Below, piece by piece: positions 30,852 to 40,558 of a stretch of 64,000 bases of DNA. The notes below the pieces were generated by a model. The model was given only the letters and a program-made list of their open reading frames with translations, made no database searches and was not told where the DNA came from. Numbering within the stretch: the stretch's first letter is position 1; every line of letters begins with the position of its first letter. Source of the stretch: Candidatus Poribacteria bacterium (GTDB lineage: Bacteria; Poribacteria; WGA-4E; WGA-3G); NCBI GenBank assembly GCA_965205015.1, contig OZ242029.1:32001-96000 (forward strand). Reading direction: 5' to 3'. The translations under genes and the position numbers were made by a program.

Positions 30852-33474
30852 GCGCGAAAGAAACATCAAAATCATCACAATATTGCTCATTTTGCTGAGC
30901 GTCGCGGCGTTGCACATAAAACTCTACCGGTTCGCGGAGATAACGCACGACGGTGCGTTGCAGGTGTTGGTCTGTTTAGGGCGTGTTATTAAAATAGACA
31001 CAAGCGACGAGGCGGATCAGGTTTTATCTGTCCGTATTCTCTCTGGACAGTTTCGTGGAGAGACTGTCCAAGTGAACAACGTCTGGACGGGACGTGCCTT
31101 CGGAGACCGCGTATTACATAAAGGGGATGTGCTGTTCCTCGACATCCCACTCCGAGACCCGACACGCCCGAAAATTGACACCGTATCCATGCGCGAGTAC
31201 TTCCGAACACCGTTCCTGCTGTATCTGGCGGGGATGTTAGGCGTCTTGATGATACTCGTCGCGGGAATGAAAGGGGTCCGTGCGATTTTGACCCTGTTTG
31301 TCACCGCTTTCGCTGTCCTTTACCTCCTGGTGCCGCTGACCATCAGCGGTTACAACCCGATCGCAGTCGCCCTTTTAATTGCGACCTTACTCACGTTCTC
31401 GACCTTCCTCCTCATTACAGGATTTAGTTTTAAGGTAATTTCCGGTGTCCTTGGGACACTCGGAGGCTTAGCCGCTGTTGGTGTCTTATCAATCCTCAGC
31501 CAACACGCAATGGCATTGACTGGGTTAGCACAAGAATTTGGTTTCTTGGAACTCGGTGTCGCGTTATGGCGGACACCCGAATCGCATCAGTGGAATTTCA
31601 CAGGCATTTTGTCTGCTGGCATCATTCTGGGCGCAGTCGGTGCGATGATGGATGTGAGTATGTCCATCTCTTCAAGCGTCCATGAAGTCAAGCAGGTGAA
31701 TCCGAACATCACCGCTCAACAGGCGATCCGTGCTGGACTCAATGTCGGCAGAGACATTATGGGAACGATGGCGGATACGCTCATCTTTGCCTACCTCGGG
31801 GCGCACATGATGACGATGCTACTGCCACGCATTGATTTCCCCGAAGTCGGTACCCTCTATCCATTTCTCCGACTCGTCAACGATGAAGCCACAGCCGTCG
31901 CGATTGTTCAAGCCGTCGTAGGAACTATTGGCTTGGTGCTCACGGTTCCGATTGCGGCGTCGGTTGCTGGATTCCTTACCCAGTACACGAAGGTAGATAA
32001 ATCCGAAATCCACGAAGACTTACCTTCAGAGGAAGAATTGGCGGAATTGTTCCGCGCTGACCCGCCGCGGAGTAAAGCCCGAATCGCCGTCCCTATCGCA
32101 ATGGCTATCGTTCTGATCGGCACAATTTTTGTGTACTACCGCACCCATGAACTCTCCGCAACGGTCTTGGAGCAACGGGATGCAGACGGAAACGCTATTG
32201 GTAAATCGGAATACGCCAAGGGTAAAGTCGTTCAATTGCTTGAATCAAGCGGGAACTTCCTGTTTGAGATTGACAGGAGTGCCGCAAGTGATCTGGACAA
32301 TCGTATTGTCCCTGCAGTTTTGCGGGAGGCGTTCAATAGCCATAAAATCCCGCTTTCGGACGAACTCACGGTTTCGGTTAAACCGTGGAAGGACAGTCGC
32401 TGGCTCCTTTCGGATATGAAATACGAGCAGACTTATAGTATCCGGGCAATAGAGGACACTGTGGACGCGACCTCCGAATCGCGACTCAATGTCTATGCGT
32501 CAAAAATCGAACATCATATCCTCGAAGTGGAAATGCTGAGCGGAATGTATAAAGGCAGACGCCTGGTGTTACGAAACATCGTGAACCACAATATGCCGTT
32601 GCTGAGCATTCCTGCGGAACCGGGAGATGTTATTCTCTGTCGTGTTGCTGGGAGCCCGGACCAGGTGGGCCTCGTTAACATCGTTCAAGATTACGGGAGA
32701 GACCGATTTCTGATCTGGATAGTGGGGGGGATGCTACTCTTAATTATCCTCGTCGGCAGGATCGAGGGGATCCGCACGGCGTGTGCGATGTTGATTTCCG
32801 CAGGGGTTATCTACTTCTTCATGCTGCCGTTAATTTCGGGCGGTGCGAATGCGGTGTTCATCGTAACGCTGACGTCCGGTGTCGTGGCGTTTGTGTCGCT
32901 GGTCTTCGTGATCGGTCCGAGTCGGAAAACCTTTTCAGCGGTCCTTGGAACGATGGGGGGTATCTTGGTTGCGGGTTTGATTGTCCTGTTTGCGCAGGAG
33001 CACCTCCATTTTTCTGGGTTAGAGAACGCGATTTCAGCGGACATTGTGGAGGCGACGCGCACACCCCCGTTCGATTTTGTGCAGATCCTCTTGGCAGGGA
33101 TGCTGATGGGGGTACTGGGTGTCGCCGTTGACGGCGCGATCGAGGTGGCATCCAGTATGGAGGAAATTCGCAAGGCGAATCCGAACATGCCGACATGGCG
33201 ACTCATCGCTTCCGGTTTGAACGTTGGCACGGACATTCTCGGCACGATGGTGAATACGTTGGTTTTCGCTTATCTCGGCGTGGAGTTGCTGCTTGTGGTC
33301 ACCGTTACAGCACCGAATCTGGACTTTTTCAAATCGCCACCCGTGCAGATGCTGAGTATCGGTGTTGTATCGGCGGAAATTGTGCGGCTGCTCGCTGGCA
33401 CATTGGGACTCGTCCTTGCGATCCCAATTACGGCAGTGATTTGCGCGTTCTGGAACCCAAAGCAAAGGGTGTGA
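30850..33474 (+). CDS. YibE/F family membrane protein with two tandem YibE/F modules
   Basis: GAMMDVSMSISS...VGRDIMGTMADTLIFAY and GVAVDGAIEVASS...VGTDILGTMVNTLVFAY. Confidence 0.88.
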   Translation: MRERNIKIITILLILLSVAALHIKLYRFAEITHDGALQVLVCLGRVIKIDTSDEADQVLSVRILSGQFRGETVQVNNVWTGRAFGDRVLHKGDVLFLDIPLRDPTRPKIDTVSMREYFRTPFLLYLAGMLGVLMILVAGMKGVRAILTLFVTAFAVLYLLVPLTISGYNPIAVALLIATLLTFSTFLLITGFSFKVISGVLGTLGGLAAVGVLSILSQHAMALTGLAQEFGFLELGVALWRTPESHQWNFTGILSAGIILGAVGAMMDVSMSISSSVHEVKQVNPNITAQQAIRAGLNVGRDIMGTMADTLIFAYLGAHMMTMLLPRIDFPEVGTLYPFLRLVNDEATAVAIVQAVVGTIGLVLTVPIAASVAGFLTQYTKVDKSEIHEDLPSEEELAELFRADPPRSKARIAVPIAMAIVLIGTIFVYYRTHELSATVLEQRDADGNAIGKSEYAKGKVVQLLESSGNFLFEIDRSAASDLDNRIVPAVLREAFNSHKIPLSDELTVSVKPWKDSRWLLSDMKYEQTYSIRAIEDTVDATSESRLNVYASKIEHHILEVEMLSGMYKGRRLVLRNIVNHNMPLLSIPAEPGDVILCRVAGSPDQVGLVNIVQDYGRDRFLIWIVGGMLLLIILVGRIEGIRTACAMLISAGVIYFFMLPLISGGANAVFIVTLTSGVVAFVSLVFVIGPSRKTFSAVLGTMGGILVAGLIVLFAQEHLHFSGLENAISADIVEATRTPPFDFVQILLAGMLMGVLGVAVDGAIEVASSMEEIRKANPNMPTWRLIASGLNVGTDILGTMVNTLVFAYLGVELLLVVTVTAPNLDFFKSPPVQMLSIGVVSAEIVRLLAGTLGLVLAIPITAVICAFWNPKQRV

Positions 33475-33491
33475 GATATCACAATGGCAAG

Positions 33492-33842
33492 CTACGTTAA
33501 AGGATACTTCCCTTCGGTAATCAATCTTTGTCGGGCTTCTTCCAAGCGTTCCTCCCAATCAATCAGCGTAGGAGTTCTGCCATACGCTTCTATGAGTTTC
33601 CCTGCCTCTTCATCCATAAGCTTCCCGCGCGCAAGGTAAGCCTCCACTTCCTCCTTGTTGGTAAGGTAATAGAGAATAGTGGCATAGATTTCTTCCATCG
33701 ACAAAGTTGGGAAGCGATGGAGGAGTTCATCAGTTCCCATGCCTCGTTGATACTTGTTCAACACATGCTGGATAGCAATGCGATGTCCTTTGATGCGTAT
33801 ATCAATTTCGCTGTTGAAGTCGAAGTAATCTTTTAGTTCCAT
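33492..33842 (-). CDS. DUF433 domain protein (putative antitoxin)
   Basis: IRIKGHRIAI...FPTLSMEEIYATILYY. Confidence 0.88.
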   Translation of the reverse strand: MELKDYFDFNSEIDIRIKGHRIAIQHVLNKYQRGMGTDELLHRFPTLSMEEIYATILYYLTNKEEVEAYLARGKLMDEEAGKLIEAYGRTPTLIDWEERLEEARQRLITEGKYPLT

Positions 33843-33856
33843 TTTTACCTCTCCCG

Positions 33857-34201
33857 TTATGGGAGATATTGTATAACATCTCGATATTGCTTAGGATCGA
33901 AGGAGTCCCAAATCCGGCGTAACTCCTTGATGTAAGTACCAATTGAGACGCGCTGTGAGAAGCAGAGAATTCCGGGGACATGTCCACCAACTTGCAAATG
34001 CTCGATAAGGTGTTTCGGCATTGTCGCTCGGTTGTTGGTCAGTAGGATATAGTTGTTGTGCTGAATCCACGTCAAAAGGTCTGGATCAGATGTTGCGAGG
34101 GGTGGTGCTCCCTTATCTCCAATACGGCTAATTTGCATTTCGGGGAGCTGTTCCTGAATCGCCCGGCTGAGATGCTCGTCTAAAAGAAACCGTGGTTTCA
34201 T
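33857..34201 (-). CDS. DUF5615 family PIN-like protein (putative toxin)
   Basis: RFLLDEHL...SDPDLL...ILLTNN...HVPGIL. Confidence 0.85.
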   Translation of the reverse strand: MKPRFLLDEHLSRAIQEQLPEMQISRIGDKGAPPLATSDPDLLTWIQHNNYILLTNNRATMPKHLIEHLQVGGHVPGILCFSQRVSIGTYIKELRRIWDSFDPKQYRDVIQYLP

Positions 34202-34566
34202 GCAGGTTCATCCCAGATCGGGTCAAACTCTCCAGCAGCAATCCGTTTTTCCCGCGCCTTTCGTAGGCGTTCTCTCTCTTCAATGAGCACTAACGTTGGT
34301 CCCTGAGTGTGCCGCCATTCCTGATCTAATGTTTTTTTCTTTTCCTTCACCCGTTCCAGGTAAGCCTCGACCTCTGTTCTGTTCGCCTCATAGTAAAGAA
34401 GCGTAGCATAGATTTTCTCTAAGGATAACTTTGGAAAATACCGGAGAATTTCTTCAGGTTCTCTGCCTTGTAAACGTTGTTCTAACACTTCGTCAATATA
34501 AACGCGATGCCCCTTGATACGGATGCTGGTTTCATCAATAAAGTCAAAATAGTCCCGCACGTCCAT
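34198..34566 (-). CDS. DUF433 domain protein (putative antitoxin)
   Basis: Start MDVRDYFDF after AGGAGG; IRIKGHRV...FPKLSLEKIYATLLYY. Confidence 0.88.
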   Translation of the reverse strand: MDVRDYFDFIDETSIRIKGHRVYIDEVLEQRLQGREPEEILRYFPKLSLEKIYATLLYYEANRTEVEAYLERVKEKKKTLDQEWRHTQGPTLVLIEERERLRKAREKRIAAGEFDPIWDEPA

Positions 34567-34662
34567 AATTTGCCTCCTTTCGAGCGATGTTAAAATTTTA
34601 TACGGAGGCGTGCAAAAAGTCAAGGAATAGTTGCAGATAGCGGGCTCCCCTCTTTCTGATAA

Positions 34663-35373
34663 CTACTGCGGGCACCACGCCATCACTGTTCCGAAACTCG
34701 CAAATGCACTGTTTTCACCGCTCGTTAGGATTCGCGAACCTTGGACGACAACCCGTGTGTCGCGGCTCGTGATTTTGTAACTCACAGGGGCATCTTTGGC
34801 AATCAGAGGTTCACCCTTTTCGTCTTTGAGTTTGTCGAGCCGATAATGCACTGAACGGTGCGCCGGCACTTCAAATTCACAAGAGACGTTTTCTAATCCG
34901 GGGTCCTCATAAAGCACTTCTAAGAGACAACGTGTATCGCTATCAGCGGTATTGGAGATACATATAGATTCATGCGAAAAATATCCCCCACCGTGTTCTT
35001 CCCACGCCTGTTCCGCTGGTGTGAGTGCCGCCATGTAGCCATCTGGAATGACCCAGACATAAGCACCATCGCCATCTGAAGTATAGTTTTTGAGCGCATC
35101 TGCTATCCGTTCCGGTTCATCTTCTACTTTGTCCAACGAAATCACGAGAAATCGGGAGCGTGTTTTTATTCCGTCCACTGATGGGGTGTGTTTTAACGCG
35201 CCTCTCACATTTAGACATAACGTGTTATCTCCCAACATCACAAGGTGACTGACGCCTTGCGATGCAAGCCAATCGCCGAACGTATCGTTGAGGAGTGTTG
35301 ATAAAGTTTCAAGGTTTGAGATGCCTGCCTGTTTGTAATCTTGAATCGTCGTCAGTAATTGTCCAAAATTCAT
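34663..35373 (-). CDS. Anabaena sensory rhodopsin transducer (ASRT)-domain protein with an N-terminal extension
   Basis: WVIPDGY...SHESICISN...VPAHRSVHYRLD...VVVQGSR. Confidence 0.75.
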   Translation of the reverse strand: MNFGQLLTTIQDYKQAGISNLETLSTLLNDTFGDWLASQGVSHLVMLGDNTLCLNVRGALKHTPSVDGIKTRSRFLVISLDKVEDEPERIADALKNYTSDGDGAYVWVIPDGYMAALTPAEQAWEEHGGGYFSHESICISNTADSDTRCLLEVLYEDPGLENVSCEFEVPAHRSVHYRLDKLKDEKGEPLIAKDAPVSYKITSRDTRVVVQGSRILTSGENSAFASFGTVMAWCPQ

Positions 35374-35404
35374 ATATTTCTCCTAAAAAATAGCGAAAAT
35401 TTTT

Positions 35405-35767
35405 CTACACCATCCAGCGTTCGCCGATACCGAGGAGTGCCATTAATACCTGCAAAAGCACACTCTCTGCATCGGTTCCAACAAAGTGTCGGCGCGTATC
35501 AATATAAGTGCCGTAATCGGCTGCCCATTCGCGAAAATAGGTCTCATATTCCCAACCCTTCGCGGTCTGTCGGAAAACAGACCTTTCTGGATATGTGAGT
35601 TTCTGATGCAAGAGTTGCTGCAGTTGTTCGGAGGTGGGTATCCATATCTCTTCGGTGTTTTCTGCACCCGGTCGAAGTGCCTGAATCTCAGGGTGTCGGC
35701 ACCGCTCTAAGTATTCTTGGGAGTGTTTCTGGGTCTCAGCTGGATTCATCGGTTTATGAGCGAACAA
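35405..35767 (-). CDS. Hypothetical protein
   Basis: 120-aa ORF co-oriented with its neighbours. Confidence 0.6.
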   Translation of the reverse strand: MFAHKPMNPAETQKHSQEYLERCRHPEIQALRPGAENTEEIWIPTSEQLQQLLHQKLTYPERSVFRQTAKGWEYETYFREWAADYGTYIDTRRHFVGTDAESVLLQVLMALLGIGERWMV

Positions 35768-35964
35768 TTGGTTCCCGTTTTTGGAGTGTGCACACCCGAC
35801 ATCATACGACTGAGTGCCTCCCTGTTAATTTAAGCGATATTATACGGTGTGAAACACCCAATGTCAATATTTTACAAATTTTTGTTACTTTTTCACAGAA
35901 ATAACGTATTACAAAATACGTCATCATATTTTATCGAATCATCAAAAATCCTGAGAAATCAAGC

Positions 35965-36767
35965 AAGGAAAATCCAATGAATTTCCTAATAGTACTTTCC
36001 ATCTTTTGGGTGAGCGTGCTTGTCAAATTTTCCAGATATCCATAAGTCCAGACAGCACGTTAATACCACTTGATACCAACAAGCACGGGTAATGAGACGT
36101 GTTTGTTAAAACGCAACCATTTCTAAAACACAACTCATTGTTTGGGCAGGCTTCGCGCCTGCCCAATTTCTTTGCAGTTAAGTAACCCTCACGGTGTTTG
36201 TTTCAGACTCGCCCAAGTGCCGACTCGCTTGCGTTTGACCGCACTCGGTGCCGACGGCGCCGGTTGCTCGTAGAACCCGGGAGACCCCATGTCTTCCCGA
36301 TGTCCATAGTAATAAACCTCCGGGGGCGACTCGCTCGGGACGACCTGATGAGAGACACGCGCCTGGTTCTGATGGAGTGGTGCCACCGGATCCCCTAACG
36401 CACCAAAAGCTGCCCTACCGAGACGGTGAATCTCTGCGCCATCGGCATCCGTCAACACCCACCCGCGTTTGAGGACGTTGTCTATGTTCAAGTTGTAGAC
36501 CTGTGTTGCTTCTATCCCGGAAAATCGCCATGCCGAAACTGTTCCGGTTGATAGGATCGCGACACCACCCCCTGCTATGCTGAACCCATCCTGTGTTCCA
36601 GCGAGTGTCAGTGTGTGGACCTTATGGGGGGCGGTGGCAGACCGTCGGGTGGCATATTGGAACGTGTAGCCTTTGAGGTTAACTACCTCGGTGTTGGGGT
36701 TATACACCTCAATCCACTGTGGTAATCCACTACTCCCAGCAGACCAATCTCTGACCATATACTCTGT
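35965..36767. repeat. ~800-bp near-identical direct repeat A, copy 1 (C-terminal domain, terminator, downstream DNA)
   Basis: Matches 44931-45733 at a constant offset of 8966. Confidence 0.95.
36142..36166 (-). terminator. Terminator-like hairpin after the His-rich gene (second copy at 45108-45132)
   Basis: TTGGGCAGGC-TTCGC-GCCTGCCCAA. Confidence 0.7.
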
Positions 36768-37466
36768 TATGCGTATGGGGAATAAAGGTTGAGGCTCGGG
36801 TTGTGTTTCTGGTGTCCCCTCAAGCGTTGTTCCGTATTTTTGTTGGGCTCTGAGGAAATTTTGTTCTGTGCTTGTGTCAACAGGGGTTTGGCTCTCACCT
36901 GCTTCGGATGTCCCTTCAGATGTGCCTCCCGTCGCTACCGCTGTAGGTTGAGTAACCGTAGGATAATTCACTGTTGGCTGATTATTAGGCTGTTGATTCA
37001 CAGGTTGCTGATTTTCCGGGAGTTGACGCACAGCCCGCGGAGGTGCATCCTGTTGAGGTGAGGACCCCTGAATCAAAGACTGCTGAGGGGGAGACTGTGG
37101 TTCAGCAGGTCGCTGAACAGGGTCGTGCTTATGACCTGAAAGATAGTCACCGTGATCGTGCTTGTAAGCCGCCTGCGAGTTCTCATAGTTATGTACATGT
37201 TCACCTGAACTGTAATACCAGGCTCTTGTCATCCCGCCGTAACCTGGATTTGTGTTATCGGGGAAAATATAATTGTGCTCGTGCCAACGGGTTTCCCCAT
37301 AGATTTGCACTCCACGGTCGTCGCTCTCACGGGTTACATCGCGCTGACTGGATAATTCTGCTCGACCCCGTGTTGGGTCTACCCAAGATTCAATGTTATG
37401 CGCGAACACTGACGATGACACTGCTAAAAGTGAAAGCGTTAAGAGTAAGATGCTAAATCTAAACAT
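36189..37466 (-). CDS. Secreted His-rich protein with Q/P/T linker, lamin-tail-like domain and C-terminal TWASLK motif (paralog 1)
   Basis: Signal peptide ...VFA-H; IRITEYM...QWIEVYNPNTEVVNLKGY...GSPG; KRVGTWASLK. Confidence 0.85.
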   Translation of the reverse strand: MFRFSILLLTLSLLAVSSSVFAHNIESWVDPTRGRAELSSQRDVTRESDDRGVQIYGETRWHEHNYIFPDNTNPGYGGMTRAWYYSSGEHVHNYENSQAAYKHDHGDYLSGHKHDPVQRPAEPQSPPQQSLIQGSSPQQDAPPRAVRQLPENQQPVNQQPNNQPTVNYPTVTQPTAVATGGTSEGTSEAGESQTPVDTSTEQNFLRAQQKYGTTLEGTPETQPEPQPLFPIRITEYMVRDWSAGSSGLPQWIEVYNPNTEVVNLKGYTFQYATRRSATAPHKVHTLTLAGTQDGFSIAGGGVAILSTGTVSAWRFSGIEATQVYNLNIDNVLKRGWVLTDADGAEIHRLGRAAFGALGDPVAPLHQNQARVSHQVVPSESPPEVYYYGHREDMGSPGFYEQPAPSAPSAVKRKRVGTWASLKQTP

Positions 37467-37594
37467 TTTTTATCTCCTTAGTTTGTAAAAGAAACGGTCT
37501 CTTGGAAGTGTTTTTGCTTCGGTGTTTTCCGTAGGTTGAACGAGAACGGACACAAAGCATTGGGGTGTCCAATACATCGGGAGAGACCTGATGC

Positions 37595-37648
37595 AACAAA
37601 AATAGCCCGCAATGGGAGGCTCTGTGCAAAACAGAACCACCTGCGGGC
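37595..37648 (-). terminator. Leader hairpin plus U-rich tract (attenuator candidate), cassette 1
   Basis: GCCCGCA/TGCGGGC outer stem, TCTGT/ACAGA inner stem, then TATTTTTGTT on the transcribed strand. Confidence 0.6.
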
Positions 37649-37700
37649 GCGAAGACAGTCCGATGCAGGACCGTCAGGATCGTTTTATGAAATAAAATAC

Positions 37701-37856
37701 TTATCGTTTGTGAAGAATTCGGGGGGGGTTTTTACCTATTTGAGGATCGACAGAACGCCTCAAAACGCAGCAGCCACTCCCTCTCATCGGGGCGCGCACA
37801 TCCGCACGCATCTTCAGAGACCTTTTTAATTCAAAGGGTAAACTGCACTTCGTCAT
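37701..37856 (-). CDS. Leader uORF-B (51 aa) crossing a C8 tract
   Basis: GAGG RBS; MTKCSLPF...GKNPPRILHKR*; G8 at 37721-37728 on +. Confidence 0.45.
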   Translation of the reverse strand: MTKCSLPFELKRSLKMRADVRAPMRGSGCCVLRRSVDPQIGKNPPRILHKR

Positions 37857-37887
37857 GAGCGTTCCTCAGGTAAAATGTTCAAGTCTA

Positions 37888-38022
37888 TCAAGGTTTTTTC
37901 GGTTGGCGAAGGTGTTGTTTTTCAAACGCCACCATCGCTTTTAAGTCAGTAGTTGTAAATCCATGAAATATCTCAAGGTTTTCTCTTTTGTCGTTGTGTC
38001 GGTTGCGAAAATCGCAACTCAA
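37888..38022 (-). CDS. Leader uORF-A (44 aa, TTG start)
   Basis: AAAGAGG-6 nt-TTG; (M)SCDFRNRHNDKRENLEIFHGFTT...; the frame is kept in cassette 2. Confidence 0.4.
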   Translation of the reverse strand: MSCDFRNRHNDKRENLEIFHGFTTTDLKAMVAFEKQHLRQPKKP

Positions 38023-38304
38023 ACGTATCCTCTTTCTAATGCTCTATAGTTACTTAGGTCACTTTTTCATTATTCATCATATAAAATATAAATGGCATAG
38101 GTAACTATTATACAAAATTTCCAGGTAAAAAGCAAATTATATTTACAAAAATTGCTAATTTTCCTTAAAAAGTGAATAATATTTTAGAATTGTAGCTAAT
38201 TTTTTCTGAGAAACCCCTTTCCCAAATATCGTGGGGATCTTCAGCATTTACCAGAATTCACATTGATTTAAAATTTGACCCAAAATGAAATGCGTGATAG
38301 TATA
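37951..38304. repeat. ~355-bp direct repeat B, copy 1 (promoter and 5' leader)
   Basis: Highly similar to 46972-47330. Confidence 0.92.
38107..38135 (-). promoter_or_regulatory. Sigma70-like promoter for cassette 1 (copy 2 at 47132-47160)
   Basis: TTGCTT-17 nt-TATAAT in both copies, although the spacers differ. Confidence 0.65.
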
Positions 38305-38312
38305 CCCTATTT

Positions 38313-38459
38313 AGGGCTTACGCAGTTTACCTGTTTTTGTGCGGTCTTTGGTTCGTAGTAGCGCAATGGTGCAAGTCGCGTGTGGACTTGCGGGACAATG
38401 CGCTTTCTTCGGGAATATCACCTCAATTTTGGTATAGAAGCCAATTGTGCGTAAGTCCT
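38313..38459. mobile_element. MITE-like element with 12-bp terminal inverted repeats
   Basis: AGGGCTTACGCA...TGCGTAAGTCCT; no ORF. Confidence 0.7.
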
Positions 38460-38588
38460 GTTTATAATTTTTTCCGAAATTGTGTCAAGAAAAAAATGTG
38501 TGCTTCGGTGCATACCCTGTTTTGTTATCACAGCTTGAATAAGTTATTTCGCAGTTGAGAAATTCGCAACGCAAATGGAGGCATTTTC

Positions 38589-39151
38589 ATGGGTTTTGTG
38601 TCATGTCAAGAGGATAATCAGGATACTGCCGGTGAACCTGTAAAGGCAGGAAAACAGAAAGGTCAAGTTACGAAAATAGAAGAAACAGATAAACTCATAG
38701 AACCCGATCCCAAAATGGAGACATTGACAGTGAAAAATACGGTTATCGTCAAAGCAGATGGTCTGGCGGTCAACTCTACTGAGATAGAAAGTTATGCCTT
38801 CGACATCATGTTCATGGATGATGATGAGTAATTAGAACCGCAGATAGACCTCACTGCAACCGCACGAACAGAGCCAAGTAGCCCTGGGAAAGTGTATCTG
38901 ATCTCAAGGTTCTATGACATCAAAGAAGCTTGTTCTCTGCTAACAGATCTTATGTCAAACGTTGTCCCGAGAAAATTTTTCACATTCCGTGTCACATTAG
39001 ACTTAGGAGCGTTCCCAAAGCACCCCACCGCTTATTTCACATCTTGTGGACGCAGCACGACACACGGAATATCGGTTTGTGTCAAGATGAGTCCACAACG
39101 CCGATAACCCCCGCGGTTGTCAAACTACTGGAGATGTTTTTCTGTGACTGA
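38589..39151 (+). pseudogene. Degraded hypothetical gene (in-frame TAA at 38829-38831, probable later frameshift)
   Basis: GGAGG RBS. ORFs 38589-38831 and 38892-39107 share a frame that stays open after the TAA. Confidence 0.4.
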
Positions 39152-39400
39152 TAACTCTTGAGCCTTAAGTGGCATATTTGTATTGTCTTGATTCTTTCAG
39201 TCAAATATGCTATTATTTTGTTAAGGTCGATTGTGGTGGTGCGCGGTTTAAAGGTTCTACACATTTCACTTGTAAGGTCATTTCACAATAATATTGAAGG
39301 AAGTTTCGCATAGCATTTCATAAGTTTTGGCAAGGTCCTAACCTGCAGGAACGCGGAGGATTTCACGCTATATACTTTCGCTATCATTCTCGCTTTTTAC

Positions 39401-40558
39401 ATGAACACTCCAGAAGTTTTTACACCGGAAGAACGAAACGAAAATACTGAGCGAAAGCGAGAACTGATTGAACTTATTGCCTCTGGAGAGGCTATACTTA
39501 TCGTTGGAGCCGGAAGTAGCGCGCGTGTCGGTTACGTGACTTGGAAAGGTCTTCTGAAGGAATTGGAGGATTTAGCCAATGAGTGCGGGGCCGGTCTCAA
39601 TCAAGAGCGGAAAGGCGATGATTTAGCATACGCAGAAGACATCAAATCACATATCTACAATGAAATGGGTGATTTAGGTAGATACCATGCTTTCCTTGAT
39701 GAACTTTTTAAACCTAAATCTCTAACTTACGACGAATTCCATAGATTGCTTGTTGATCTTCCTTTCAGAGGTATCTTAACCACAAATTACGATATTGTTC
39801 TTGAAGAAGCGTTGTTAGGAAAAAAGATTGAAGCAGAACGAGAAGACAGAGAGATTCCTCCTATAGATGGATCCCCGTTGGTAATCGGGCAAGATACCCC
39901 TCGACTCATCCATGAATTCCTACTATCGCGGAGCAACGATCCACGAATACCGCAACGGATTGCACACCTACATGGAATGTACAGGAATCCAACAAGTATC
40001 ATTCTCAGTATCAACGACTACATTAAGGCCTATGGCTTGCATGTTGCGGAGGATGGAGAGCAAGTTAATGAGAAAGAAGTATGGACGCTTCATCGGAAAT
40101 TGTTATGGGCTGTCTTAGCAACCCGCAGAGTCGTTTTTGTCGGTTTCAGCATGGACGACCCCTACTTTAACAAGATGTTAGAAATCGTCAGTGCAGACCT
40201 GTGGGGATGGAACAAATCTATTCACTTCGCAATTATGGGTATCTCTGCCGAAGACAAGGGAGGCATCCAAGATTCAAAAGATAAAGCAAATAGCCTCAAG
40301 AGTAAGTATGGGATAGATACTGTATTTTACGAGGTTTTTAAGGATTCACATCAACGTTTGGAGGATCTCTTCACTGAAATCGCAGAGCAATGTGAGGATA
40401 GGAATCGATCTGTTGAAGAAACCCAAGACCTGTTAAGCGATAGTGAGCGTTCCGAAGGTGAAGAATTAAAATCCATTTCAAGTGGATCGAGAGATATATT
40501 GAATTGGATTAAACGAGAAAGCCAACGTATGATAAGGAGGATGGGCGATGAAGATTAA
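39401..40558 (+). CDS. SIR2-like (SIR2_2) protein, putative NADase effector
   Basis: LIVGAGSS, ILTTNYD, AHLHG, VFVGFSMDDPY. Confidence 0.9.
   Translation: MNTPEVFTPEERNENTERKRELIELIASGEAILIVGAGSSARVGYVTWKGLLKELEDLANECGAGLNQERKGDDLAYAEDIKSHIYNEMGDLGRYHAFLDELFKPKSLTYDEFHRLLVDLPFRGILTTNYDIVLEEALLGKKIEAEREDREIPPIDGSPLVIGQDTPRLIHEFLLSRSNDPRIPQRIAHLHGMYRNPTSIILSINDYIKAYGLHVAEDGEQVNEKEVWTLHRKLLWAVLATRRVVFVGFSMDDPYFNKMLEIVSADLWGWNKSIHFAIMGISAEDKGGIQDSKDKANSLKSKYGIDTVFYEVFKDSHQRLEDLFTEIAEQCEDRNRSVEETQDLLSDSERSEGEELKSISSGSRDILNWIKRESQRMIRRMGDED

Noticed and set aside
33781-33790. 10-nt match of the CRISPR spacer reverse complement (CGATGTCCTT) in the DUF433 gene
   Set aside because: Too short to distinguish from chance in 64 kb.
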